Assembly: GCA_041392955.1 (NCBI GenBank)
Contig: JAWKLB010000007.1
Coordinates: 24,567-88,566 of the forward strand
Reading direction: 5' to 3'
DNA: 64,000 bases
From: Chitinophagales bacterium
GTDB taxonomy: Bacteria > Bacteroidota > Bacteroidia > Chitinophagales > BACL12
In this document: positions 45,995 through 55,519 of the stretch, one piece after another
Layout: each line of letters begins with the position of its first letter
How positions within the stretch are numbered: position 1 is the first letter of the stretch
Made by a program: the position numbers and the translations under genes
Notes under the pieces: model-generated
The model's database searches: none
The model's input: only the letters and a program-made list of their open reading frames with translations
Told to the model about the DNA's origin: nothing

Positions 45995-48271
45995 ATGAAG
46001 AACATTTCCATATCGGGAATCGCGAAAAGCACGCTCTTTTCCTGTATTCTCACCCTCGTTAGCATATTTCCGACGACCTTGCAAGCTCAGGAGCTCGACT
46101 GGGTACGGACCACCGGCACCATCTACAAACAAGGAACCATGATCGCAACGGATGCCGCCGATAATGTGGTGTCCTGCGGATTTTTGATCAACAATAATAT
46201 ATTCGTACGGAAGTGGGACAAATTCGGCAATTTTTTGTGGGAGATGGAATCCACATCCGGTGTTGCAAGCAATTACGAAAAACCGAAATGGATATTAACG
46301 GATGCTGCAGATAATATCATAACCATTGGATACAGATATACCATATCCGGAGGATCTGAATATCCGAATGCCATTGTTATTTTAAAATATACACCCGATG
46401 GCACACTGTTATATAAAAGAACTATACCCGGTGTTGTGCAATCAACACTGCGCGGCGCGCTCGACCCGGCAGGTTATCTGTACATCGCGGCGGCAGGTTT
46501 GATAACAGGCGAACCGCAAGCCGGATTTAATTTGCTCAAATTGGATACGGATGGCAACACTGTGTTTATTTCAACGCATAACTTCGGGAGCGTACATGGT
46601 ATTTATAATATGCGCTACCGGAACGGGCTCATTGCGATGACAGGCACCACCGTCATAAACGGATTTAATTGTACGACGGCATTATTCGATGACAGCGGAA
46701 ATTATTTATGGGGCAGCACGATCGCATCTTTGAGTGGCCGTGATGTGGAAATAGACGATGCAGGTAATGTTTATGTAGTAAATACAGATTATGCAACAGG
46801 CCTGGACCAGGATATCCGCGTGACAAAATATGACAATGCCGGCACGATATTATTTTCTTATATCTATGATCATGCGGGTAATTATGAAACACCTGCACGG
46901 ATCAATATGCAACCGGATGGCAATCTGGTCATTTCAGGCATAGGCTCCACACCATCAAAAGGATATGAAACCTTCAAATTGAGCGCGTCCGGTTCTTTGA
47001 TGTGGGAGCAATTTCAGGCAACCACCTATATTCCTTCGGTGAATTTTTTGTGGACGAATGATGCTACCGGCGAAACCTTCATTACGGGCAGCTCCTCTAT
47101 TGAAGGAGGCACAGCCGGTCTTACCTTGATCAAATATGCGTCAGACGGCGCCTTTGATTGGTATGTTACCTACGATTCCACCTGTATAAGTGGTATGGGC
47201 ATTGCACAGGGAAGCGACGCAAGCATTTATGTTGTTGGCGCAAACCAATGGACCATATTGCATTATTTTGATATTGTCCCCGGCGGCACTTGCGACATTC
47301 CAACCGGAGTATTTGCTTCAGGTATCACAAACGACGCGGCAACGATAAGCTGGACAGAAATTCCTGCGGCCATTGCCTATCATGTGCAATATAAAACCAC
47401 CACTGCAAACGCATGGACCGAAACCTCGATAGATATACATACAAAAACGCTCACCGGATTATTTCCCGGAACCACCTATGCGTATCGTGTGCAAACGGTG
47501 TGCGCAGGCGGAAGTTCTGACTTTAGCACGATCCAGCAATTTACCACGCTGGGAACAGGATATTGTGATTCGCATGGATTAGCTGACGCCAATGATAATA
47601 TTGCGCTTGTATGGGTTGGCGGGATATTAAATGCATCGGTAGGCAGCGGAGGATATAGTGATTATACAAATCTGTATGCCGAACTGGTTAAAGGTTCATC
47701 CTATAATCTGACCGTGACAAGCACACGTGCGGGAGCGTACACACAGATTTGGGAAATGTGGATAGATTATAATCAGGATGGCGACTTCTTTGATCCGGGT
47801 GAAAGAGAAGTTGCATTCAAGTCTACTGCATACGGATGGCAGATCAAGAATTTTAGTGTTCCGAATTCTGCACTTACCGGGACAACAAAAATGCGTGTTT
47901 CATTGAAAAAAGGCGGACCCGTACAAACGCCCTGTGATATTTTCACAAGAGGAGAGGTAGAAGATTATACCATTGTTATTTTGCCACCACGCACCGGCGA
48001 TATTGTTGCGGAAACAGCGGAAGAAAACGGCGCGTCCATTGTTGTATATCCCAATCCGACAAGTGATGTGCTGTTGTTGGAAACAAAAGGATTTACCGGC
48101 AATATGCAAATCACCATTTTTGATCTTTCCGGCAGAACAGTGATGGAAGATAATATCAGTGCGCAGGAAAGTTCAACATTGCAATTGAGGAGCTTGCCAT
48201 CCGGAATATTCGTCCTGCACATTACAGATGAAAAAGGGGTAACACAAAGCACGAAGATCATTAAACAATAA
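45995..48271 (+). CDS. T9SS-secreted protein with beta-propeller-like repeats, an FN3 domain and a GEVED domain
   Basis: It has a signal peptide. The FN3 domain is ISWTEIPAAIAYHVQYKT...TGLFPGTTYAYRVQTVC. The GEVED motif is TRGEVEDYTI. The Por tail is VVYPNPTSDVLLLE...IFDLSGRTV...GIFVLHITDEKG. Confidence 0.8.
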   Translation: MKNISISGIAKSTLFSCILTLVSIFPTTLQAQELDWVRTTGTIYKQGTMIATDAADNVVSCGFLINNNIFVRKWDKFGNFLWEMESTSGVASNYEKPKWILTDAADNIITIGYRYTISGGSEYPNAIVILKYTPDGTLLYKRTIPGVVQSTLRGALDPAGYLYIAAAGLITGEPQAGFNLLKLDTDGNTVFISTHNFGSVHGIYNMRYRNGLIAMTGTTVINGFNCTTALFDDSGNYLWGSTIASLSGRDVEIDDAGNVYVVNTDYATGLDQDIRVTKYDNAGTILFSYIYDHAGNYETPARINMQPDGNLVISGIGSTPSKGYETFKLSASGSLMWEQFQATTYIPSVNFLWTNDATGETFITGSSSIEGGTAGLTLIKYASDGAFDWYVTYDSTCISGMGIAQGSDASIYVVGANQWTILHYFDIVPGGTCDIPTGVFASGITNDAATISWTEIPAAIAYHVQYKTTTANAWTETSIDIHTKTLTGLFPGTTYAYRVQTVCAGGSSDFSTIQQFTTLGTGYCDSHGLADANDNIALVWVGGILNASVGSGGYSDYTNLYAELVKGSSYNLTVTSTRAGAYTQIWEMWIDYNQDGDFFDPGEREVAFKSTAYGWQIKNFSVPNSALTGTTKMRVSLKKGGPVQTPCDIFTRGEVEDYTIVILPPRTGDIVAETAEENGASIVVYPNPTSDVLLLETKGFTGNMQITIFDLSGRTVMEDNISAQESSTLQLRSLPSGIFVLHITDEKGVTQSTKIIKQ

Positions 48272-48294
48272 TAGGATAAACCCGGGTCTGCTAC

Positions 48295-48888
48295 CTACCT
48301 TCTCTTAAAAAGGTGTCCCGCGAATATCAGAATACCCAAGGCAAAGGATATGCCGGTGTTCACATAGGCCAGCGGGATGGCAGCCACCATGCCCAAAATT
48401 CCTATGTAGGCATAGCGACCGGTATCTTTTGTTTCCTCTACAAAAGATGGAGGTAAAAGATCCCAGTTTTTTGCAAACAGAAAAAGGAAAGAAAATAATA
48501 TATTCATTACCACGTAATTGACAAAAAGCAAGGCAACGGCGAAAGGATCCGTGTGGTGGTTACCTGCAAAAGCGGTGGAAAATGGGATCAGAGAAATGGA
48601 AAGAACAAAGAGCATGTTGAGCAGAATATATTTCCGCGTTATTTTTTTAATGTTCAGAAAGAGCAGATGATGGTCGATCCAAATGCCGAAGATCAAGAGG
48701 AAGGAACCGATATAACTGATAAAGGATGGTAATAAGTGGACCACCTGCTGTTTAGTAGAAAGCGCAGGATCACCTTCTCTCTCCGGCACACGCAATTCCA
48801 ATACAAGTATGGTCAAAATGATGGCAAGTATGGCATCAAAAAAAGCCTCAAATCGCTTTTTATCGTAGTTGAAGTTTAGCTCAGACAT
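48295..48888 (-). CDS. TMEM175/DUF1211-family membrane protein (putative K+ channel)
   Basis: RFEAFFDAILAIILTILVLELRVP is the family signature helix. There are six TM segments in total. Confidence 0.75.
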   Translation of the reverse strand: MSELNFNYDKKRFEAFFDAILAIILTILVLELRVPEREGDPALSTKQQVVHLLPSFISYIGSFLLIFGIWIDHHLLFLNIKKITRKYILLNMLFVLSISLIPFSTAFAGNHHTDPFAVALLFVNYVVMNILFSFLFLFAKNWDLLPPSFVEETKDTGRYAYIGILGMVAAIPLAYVNTGISFALGILIFAGHLFKRR

Positions 48889-48952
48889 GGTGTGTTTTCA
48901 CATGCAATGAAATACGAATCTATATCAATTTTTTTGCATTGCCACGCTTATG

Positions 48953-50656
48953 CTACCACTGGCGTTTTACCATTTTGCAGGTAGTGACCTTGCCATCGGG
49001 AGATACCACTTCGATCAGATACAATCCGTCTGCAGCGTCGCGCAGATCCATTGTTTCTGTTTCATCTGTCGTTGCCGAGCTGTATATACACTGACCGGTT
49101 GCAGCATACACATGCATGCGCGAGCCTGGCACCATTCCGCTGATGGTGCAAATACCATCATTCGGATCCGGGTAGACAAATACAGAGGATTGTATATGCT
49201 GTGTTATTCCAACGGTGGGTTCTGTATAGGGAATGATATAACTGTGATATACATCCTCTCCGCCATTTAAAGTATTTGCCCAAGCCAGATGTGCACCGGT
49301 ATCATCGGAAACCATATCGAAATAATCGCCCATTTTATTTTGACTTGGATAACCAACATGCGGGTCGAATATGTCGGACAGTTTTTCGTTTGCAGAGAAT
49401 GTTTCGCCGCCATCCATGGAATAGGAATAATACAATGCTGAATTATCTGAACCCGGACTATCGCGTGTGTCTAACCAAACGATATCGATGCGACCATTCG
49501 GTGCGACAGACATCGTGCCGAGCCACTGTACATTTTCATCTGAGGGATCGTCGTTGATGCGTATGGCAGGCTCAAAACTCAAGCCACCGTCGGTGCTGCG
49601 TGCAAACATCACGTCTGCTCCGTCGAAACTGCCATAAGGCTGCACGCTGGCAAGTATATATATATTTCCACCGGTCAAAAAGGTGCCCGACCTGTCGATA
49701 GCAATATTTGTTTGTCCGAATAAGCCTTCCGGATTAACAGAATTCCATCCTGTAATTGTTCCTTGCAGATCAACCGGAACCGGATCGTCCCATACGATAT
49801 CAGATCCTTCTTCCTGTGCGTTGGCAGAGTGCAATAAAATAAAACCGGAATAATCGTCGGAAATACCTGCTATATACAGGTCGCCATGTACATCAACATC
49901 CAAAGTACCGAAATAGGGATCGCCGGGCAAGCCGGTACAATCATCATAGGAAGTATTTTCATCTTCAGAGCGAATAAAAGATCCGGGCAAGCAGGAACTG
50001 TAGGCGAGCGTCCAGAATGCATATATATTACCGTCGCCAACACCGCCACTGCGATCAACGGTCATCCATTGTTTGTCGCCGCCGCCGGCATCGGTGCCGC
50101 TGTTCCAGGAAGCGCCGCCATCATCGGAGGCGAATACTTTGCAGACAAAATCGGGAGTAACAGACAAGCTGTTGTAGTAAAAAGTGCCGTCGGCAGTAAA
50201 ATCCAGCACCGGATCGGAGCGGAAAATACCCTCTTCTATTCTGCCGGGAAAGGTCCAGGTTGTTCCTCCGTCGGTAGTATAACTCCAACCGGCCTGACGG
50301 AAATTGCTCGCAATATTGTCGAACTGTCGCCAGCCGATAACGATCTGATCCGGATTCAGCGGGTTGACCGCGATGCTGGGTTCGTTGCCGGCATCATTTA
50401 GCATATCGTTGCCTTCCGCATCGATGTTCACCTGGTTGGTGTAGATGATGGTTTGTCCTTCACCGCGTTCTGCGGCGTTGGTATAATGATATGCAGGTTG
50501 TGCGAGGTGTTCGGTATTCGGCAAATACGGATCATCTTCTTTTTCTTCGTTCAGTTGCCGCAATGCAGCGCCTGTGACAGGGGTTTGTGCAGGCAGATGC
50601 TGTGCCATACATATGGAAAGGACAAAAGCGGGAAAAAACATTTTTCTACACATCAT
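48953..50656 (-). CDS. BNR/Asp-box repeat (sialidase-fold) protein with a T9SS C-terminal sorting domain
   Basis: There are four Asp-boxes (TTDGGTTW, SDDGGASW, STDGGLSF, SMDGGETF). It has a signal peptide and the Por tail VFVYPDPNDGICTI...DGLYLIEVVSPDGKV. Confidence 0.8.
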   Translation of the reverse strand: MMCRKMFFPAFVLSICMAQHLPAQTPVTGAALRQLNEEKEDDPYLPNTEHLAQPAYHYTNAAERGEGQTIIYTNQVNIDAEGNDMLNDAGNEPSIAVNPLNPDQIVIGWRQFDNIASNFRQAGWSYTTDGGTTWTFPGRIEEGIFRSDPVLDFTADGTFYYNSLSVTPDFVCKVFASDDGGASWNSGTDAGGGDKQWMTVDRSGGVGDGNIYAFWTLAYSSCLPGSFIRSEDENTSYDDCTGLPGDPYFGTLDVDVHGDLYIAGISDDYSGFILLHSANAQEEGSDIVWDDPVPVDLQGTITGWNSVNPEGLFGQTNIAIDRSGTFLTGGNIYILASVQPYGSFDGADVMFARSTDGGLSFEPAIRINDDPSDENVQWLGTMSVAPNGRIDIVWLDTRDSPGSDNSALYYSYSMDGGETFSANEKLSDIFDPHVGYPSQNKMGDYFDMVSDDTGAHLAWANTLNGGEDVYHSYIIPYTEPTVGITQHIQSSVFVYPDPNDGICTISGMVPGSRMHVYAATGQCIYSSATTDETETMDLRDAADGLYLIEVVSPDGKVTTCKMVKRQW

Positions 50657-50665
50657 AAGTATTGT

Positions 50666-51094
50666 TTATTGAGTTGTGCAAGGAATTTTATGTAATGACA
50701 TATCCGGTTCGAAATGCAAAGCATCAGGATGTAAAAAGATGGTTCCTTCGGCATTCATTTCCCCATAACCCTGAGTGATGGTTTCTCCATGTATCAAAAA
50801 GGCAATTTCACGACTGCTTACCATTCCTTCCGACATAAAAGTGTAGGTTGCGATGAGGGTGTCGCCATGCATATGCCCGATAAATTTACCATTATTGGCA
50901 TCTTTTTCCTGCAGAGCAATGTGCAGATCTCCTTCCACCGGATCGCCGGCATGCGTTATTTCCATGGAGATGTTGTTATGCTCGTCGGTATATGCATAAC
51001 AACCGGTATGCAATCCGGAGCCTGCATTTTCTCCGGTTTTTTTGCAGGAAACGGCGGCGCAAAAGGAGGCCATTATAAAAATATATTTCTTCAT
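50666..51094 (-). CDS. Small lipoprotein, function unknown
   Basis: MKKYIFIMASFCAAVSCKK is a lipobox-type signal. The product is 142 aa. Confidence 0.55.
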   Translation of the reverse strand: MKKYIFIMASFCAAVSCKKTGENAGSGLHTGCYAYTDEHNNISMEITHAGDPVEGDLHIALQEKDANNGKFIGHMHGDTLIATYTFMSEGMVSSREIAFLIHGETITQGYGEMNAEGTIFLHPDALHFEPDMSLHKIPCTTQ

Positions 51095-51534
51095 TATTTC
51101 TGTTGATTTTCGGTATTACCCTGCGGGCTGAAACGCATTATCATCACTTCATTCATAAGCAGCTCCAGATTACCGGCGGAATCTATGGCATATCTGTTCA
51201 CGCGCTGCATCATATCCAGGAAAGTTTTTTCCCCTTCACCGCAATACATGAGGGTGCTTGGGCCTGGTTCACCAAAAGAAATGCTGTCGGCATGGAGCGT
51301 AAACGGAGCAGAATATCCGTTGCAACCGGTATTTCCGCTCACCATTCCCGCATCTTTATCAAAAGCGATATAAGGTTTTCTGTCGGGGTAGAGTCCGTCA
51401 AAAGCGATGCGTATTCCGGAAATATACTGCATCTCCCATATTTTGCCGTATACAGGGGGCAGGGTATTTTGTTTTTGCACCGTGCAGGAAGCAACTAAAA
51501 GCAGGCAGAAAGTGACGATATATGAAAAGCGCAT
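51094..51534 (-). CDS. META-domain (HslJ-like) lipoprotein
   Basis: The ATG at 51534 gives MRFSYIVTFCLLLVASC. The META motif is SGNTGCNGYSAPFTL...STLMYC...FLDMMQRVNRYAID..LELL. Confidence 0.75.
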   Translation of the reverse strand: MRFSYIVTFCLLLVASCTVQKQNTLPPVYGKIWEMQYISGIRIAFDGLYPDRKPYIAFDKDAGMVSGNTGCNGYSAPFTLHADSISFGEPGPSTLMYCGEGEKTFLDMMQRVNRYAIDSAGNLELLMNEVMIMRFSPQGNTENQQK

Positions 51535-51825
51535 AAACTCTGTTCTGATGTGGGTGTTAGAAGGGCATTCCAAGGTACAGTATTTTTTGTGGAATAGGTA
51601 ATAAATAACAGTAGCAGGAAGATGTTTGTTCGGGAAGGAGGAAGATGTTCATACATCCTCCTATATACTACATGTAAATCGCAAACGCCCTTTGATGTAG
51701 ATCGTTCAGCATTTCCGCCGATGTTTAGTATAAAAAAGCAGGAAATTTGCGGGCACTACACTTTCAGTGAACATACATCAGGATATGAGCAATAAGCCTT
51801 ATTTTATAATTAATACGCTTGTTTT

Positions 51826-52845
51826 TTATATATATTGTTGTAAGGCGTTTTCCATTTTTTCCATAAATTCTTTCGGCTTGTCTATATGTAGTCCAAGTAT
51901 ATTAAATTTCTTTTTTATTCCATAAAGTCCAATCAATGCATTTTCTTTTTTCAAGTGAATTACCACATTATGACTTTCAAGTGCACCAAGGGGTGAGAGT
52001 GTTCTTGTTAATTTATCTTTTTCCAATGATTTTCTTGAGAGTTCTATTTTTTCTATATCGGCAAAGGGAATGTCGACTTCATTTAAAATTCCATATTTTA
52101 AAGTTAAACTACCGGTGTTTATTGAAACAGGTCTTTTTGAGAGGGATTTAGCAAACCCTAGTACCTGAATTGCGGTATAAACACTTAATGCGGTTAAAAT
52201 CCAGGCGGCAACGTTACTCCAGCGGGCAAGTAAAAAATGGAGGGCAAGTGTTTCCATCCCAATTATCATGATGAACCCGATTAATAGGGCAATTGTTCCG
52301 CTGGTTTTATGATAAGTAAATTCATTGTTTTTAATTTCTCTTGTTTTCCATACTATAAATCCATAATAGAAAACAGCAATTTCTGTAGCAAAAGGCAGTG
52401 CAAGTTTTTCAGGTAGAATATCGCGGCTAATTCTTTTTAAGGTATCATAAAAGTCGGGTGTTGCACTATTTAACGTTTTGTGGTTTTTGATGGCTTTTCG
52501 GATTTTAAATATCACGAAAATCAAAATGGAAAGTTCACATACCGGCAAGATCCAATTTTTACATATATCCAGATAGGTTTGGTTTTCCTTTGGTAAAAAA
52601 TAGGATCCAATGAAGATTCCTATCAGCATTATCGGAATTACCGTCGAGTTCGGGGTTTTTGATGTGCGAATAAGCAGAAAATACAGAAGCGGAACGGTCA
52701 CTAATAGATCCGTAGTAACAGCGAAACTCAAAGTGTCGTTTCCTTTTAGTAATGGAGATTTTATGATACATATCAGGATTGCAAATAGTAAGACAGGAAT
52801 TCCAACATTGGCGAGGTTTCGGTGTAATAGTATTTTTCTATGCAT
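51826..52845 (-). CDS. Multi-pass membrane protein with a C-terminal soluble domain, function unknown
   Basis: The 339-aa ORF is AT-rich, with ~7 hydrophobic helices followed by a ~100-aa hydrophilic tail. Confidence 0.55.
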   Translation of the reverse strand: MHRKILLHRNLANVGIPVLLFAILICIIKSPLLKGNDTLSFAVTTDLLVTVPLLYFLLIRTSKTPNSTVIPIMLIGIFIGSYFLPKENQTYLDICKNWILPVCELSILIFVIFKIRKAIKNHKTLNSATPDFYDTLKRISRDILPEKLALPFATEIAVFYYGFIVWKTREIKNNEFTYHKTSGTIALLIGFIMIIGMETLALHFLLARWSNVAAWILTALSVYTAIQVLGFAKSLSKRPVSINTGSLTLKYGILNEVDIPFADIEKIELSRKSLEKDKLTRTLSPLGALESHNVVIHLKKENALIGLYGIKKKFNILGLHIDKPKEFMEKMENALQQYI

Positions 52846-52862
52846 AGCTTTTGTTTACATTA

Positions 52863-53192
52863 CTAAACATTAATATCGGGATCAAAGTTAGGATTTACTA
52901 CCTCGCCCCTAACACCATTGGTCAGAAAAAATGCACCTGCCAATAATGCGTAATCTTTAAAAATAGCACCGTATAAAATTGAAAAAATTACACTCATAAT
53001 ATATCGGAAAATCCTAAACGTGAAGAATGCATAGGAAAAACCAAATAAAAGTCCCAAGAAAGTCATTATACCAAGCGACCAGTGATATTTGAAACTGAAA
53101 ACTTCATAAATACTTAATGCAGCAGCAAATAATAAGCAGTCTGTGAAAATGATTGCGGTTTTTCTTTTGTAGAAGATATATTTTCTGGCCAT
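52863..53192 (-). CDS. Small membrane protein, function unknown
   Basis: The ATG at 53192 gives MARKYIFYKRK. There are three hydrophobic helices. It stops 17 nt before the next start. Confidence 0.45.
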   Translation of the reverse strand: MARKYIFYKRKTAIIFTDCLLFAAALSIYEVFSFKYHWSLGIMTFLGLLFGFSYAFFTFRIFRYIMSVIFSILYGAIFKDYALLAGAFFLTNGVRGEVVNPNFDPDINV

Positions 53193-53245
53193 TATTTTTA
53201 CTTTATGTCGGTAATTCTTTTTTTGTCGTGTTGTCCTAAAATGTT

Positions 53246-53376
53246 GCCTAACGGTTAATATTTGAAAAGTAGGCGGTTTCGAAGCACTCAACTTTCGATT
53301 AAGCAGAAAGTTTGATACGAGCCAAAAGCTTTAATTTTACAAATGTCTCGCCTATTTTTTATATACATTGTCAGCA
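53246..53376 (-). other. attC-like recombination-site candidate
   Basis: On the minus strand the outer boxes are TGCTGAC ... GTTAGGC. The inner arms are AAAAAATAGGCG / CGCCTACTTTT. It begins 23 nt after the stop of the 53400-53933 ORF. Confidence 0.5.
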
Positions 53377-53399
53377 GCATCCCATTTTATTTTTCTTTG

Positions 53400-53933
53400 T
53401 CATGGGTGAAACGGCAGTTCTTGTTCACATCTATTCCAAAATTCTTCTCCGTCAATGTCGCTAAGGTGGTTTTTGAAAAAGTAAACAGTTTCGTTTTTTA
53501 TCACTGGTTTCGCTTCGTTAAAAGGTTTCCAAAATTCCACGTTTTCCGAGTCAAACATTTTTTCTTTGTCTCTCGAGTAATTGAAAGCATTAAAAATATC
53601 TCTTGGCGGAAAATTGGTTCTGTCAGTAGATGGACTGTTTCCAACGAATTTTGGATAACGTGTCAAGTTTTCAAATTTGTCGTAATAGTCATTATAGTGA
53701 GAGTAACAGACCTGGTCAACGAGAACAGTGAAAAATAGCGCAGTTCCGAAATATGCTTTCCTTTCGTTGTCAAGAAAGTCTAAATAGTCAAAGTCTTTTG
53801 TTAAGGTCTGATATTGTACGGTAAATATTTTTCTGTCGTCAAAAGTATGTTTGCTTCTCTCTGGTATCTTGGAAAAGAACGTCTGAATGTCCTGTCGAAA
53901 CTGGCCGTTGTAATATTTGTCAAATTCATTCAT
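53400..53933 (-). CDS. Hypothetical 177-aa cassette protein
   Basis: It is AT-rich. Its start is 22 nt after a GTTAGCT box. No motif was recognised. Confidence 0.55.
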   Translation of the reverse strand: MNEFDKYYNGQFRQDIQTFFSKIPERSKHTFDDRKIFTVQYQTLTKDFDYLDFLDNERKAYFGTALFFTVLVDQVCYSHYNDYYDKFENLTRYPKFVGNSPSTDRTNFPPRDIFNAFNYSRDKEKMFDSENVEFWKPFNEAKPVIKNETVYFFKNHLSDIDGEEFWNRCEQELPFHP

Positions 53934-53955
53934 TGTTGTCGTTCTTTTTGGTTGC

Positions 53956-54570
53956 AGCTAACGTCAGTTCGTGCAAAGACTAAATTACAAAACAATTTTG
54001 CATTCTATCCCGGCTTATGGCCTGGATGAGAAGATTGATTTTTTAGTTCTCAGCGGGATGCTCCATAGATCGCAATAGTGTAAAAAAGACAAAAAACACC
54101 TCTTTCAGGCGCCTCTTGGAAGCACGTAATACACATGCCTTCGTGCGTCGGGCCGGTAGTAACAAACTCCAATTTTTGCAAAGCAAGGCGATCTACAAAT
54201 TCATCTATGATCCGCACCTGATGATCTTCCGGTATCATTTCCTAAAACGTCACCGGAAAAGCAGAGGTCTGACTTCGATCTATGCCACGTATCGTGCCCA
54301 TAATGGAAAGGTAGTACAAAACATAACACCGAAGTGCTCTTCCAGTATAAAGTTATACAGGGGTTTTGCACAGTCTGACGTTTTTCGGCTTGCCGCAGGG
54401 CTGGTATTGTTGCTGTGTCAGCCTGGCAACTGAAGCCGATTGAAAAACTGATGTTGAGGTTAACAACTAAAAGCCAAATAGAATTCGGCCAAGCCCGATA
54501 TAAGCTGATAGTAGTACAACTAATGATTGTTATGCCGTCCGCCAGCCTTGCGGCAAACCTTTTGTTATGC
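53956..54570 (-). other. attC-like site candidate, interrupted by IS remnant copy 1
   Basis: On the minus strand GCATAAC (54570-54564) begins 8 nt after the stop codon. The arms are TTTGCCGCAAGGCTGG / CCAGCCCTGCGGCAAG. The GTTAGCT box (53962-53956) lies on the far side of the 417-nt insertion. The site proper is long (~198 nt). Confidence 0.5.
53963..54379 (-). mobile_element. Internally deleted IS remnant with terminal inverted repeats (DUF772-type transposase N-terminus only), copy 1
   Basis: The TIRs are GTCAGTTCGTGCAAAG (53963-) and the reverse complement GTCAGACTGTGCAAAA (-54379). The minus strand encodes ...SAFPVTF*EMIPEDHQVRIIDEFVDRLALQKLEF, resembling an IS5/IS1182-type transposase N-terminus, with an in-frame stop and truncation. 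Confidence 0.65.
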
Positions 54571-54578
54571 GTAGCTTT

Positions 54579-55514
54579 TTAGACTGCTATTTTGTTTGTC
54601 TTCAAATACGTTTGCCTTTCTTTATTAAAATCTTTACCAAATTCGCTTCTATCATGGTACTCATTATATAGCGCAGCATTAAATTTGAAAAGATATGATG
54701 AAAGATAACCAATACTATCAATTTGGTTCTTTATGTTAAATGTTGTGTCGATGTTGAAAAGCCCTTTAATAAAATTAGCATTTATTTGCTTTATGTCGAC
54801 GTAGGAAACAGAGTCTTCAATATCTAAAATTGATGATTCGCCATTGTAGTTAAGCGTGTTTCTCAAATTTGAAGGAAACTCGGATTTAAAAATTGAAAAA
54901 TGATTTAGGAATGTTCTGTAAATTGCTGTTTCATCTGCATCGCAAGTTGGTAAAAAATCTCTTAAAGTATTTTCAAGTTGAATCCAATTTAGTTTGTGTA
55001 CACTTTCCCCCTTGAAGCTGAGTGTTAAAACAATATTGCCATTAGCATTTTCCTCTTTAAAGCAAAAATAGTAGTTGCCCGAATCTAAAGATATAGGAGT
55101 TGAATACACGGCAAGTGAAAAATCCTCAAGCCGCTTTTTTTGTCCACTGTTTAAAAAAATAAATCCTTTGCTTAAAAACCTAAAAAAACATGTAGTAGAA
55201 AAGAAAGCTAAATAATACAAAGTGACGAATGACCAACAGGGGGAGTTATTGCTTGATTTTATGAAGTCGCAGTATTGGATTATAGACTTGTTCATAAAAA
55301 GCTCGATGTCACAATGCAAAGCTTTATAATAATCACTTTTACTAATCTCAATTTCTACAGACTTACCAGCCAGCTTATTTAGAGATATTATGTTTTGAGT
55401 AATAATGTCTTTTAATGACCAGAATTGAAACTTATTCCTTTGAACACCATAGTTTACTAAAGGAATTATATGATTGTTTCTTATATCAAGAAAATTGTTT
55501 CCGAATAAGTCCAT
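54579..55514 (-). CDS. Hypothetical 311-aa protein, partner of the DGQHR protein
   Basis: It starts 5 nt after the DGQHR gene stop and shares its strand and AT-rich composition. No motif was recognised. Confidence 0.6.
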   Translation of the reverse strand: MDLFGNNFLDIRNNHIIPLVNYGVQRNKFQFWSLKDIITQNIISLNKLAGKSVEIEISKSDYYKALHCDIELFMNKSIIQYCDFIKSSNNSPCWSFVTLYYLAFFSTTCFFRFLSKGFIFLNSGQKKRLEDFSLAVYSTPISLDSGNYYFCFKEENANGNIVLTLSFKGESVHKLNWIQLENTLRDFLPTCDADETAIYRTFLNHFSIFKSEFPSNLRNTLNYNGESSILDIEDSVSYVDIKQINANFIKGLFNIDTTFNIKNQIDSIGYLSSYLFKFNAALYNEYHDRSEFGKDFNKERQTYLKTNKIAV

Positions 55515-55519
55515 AAGAG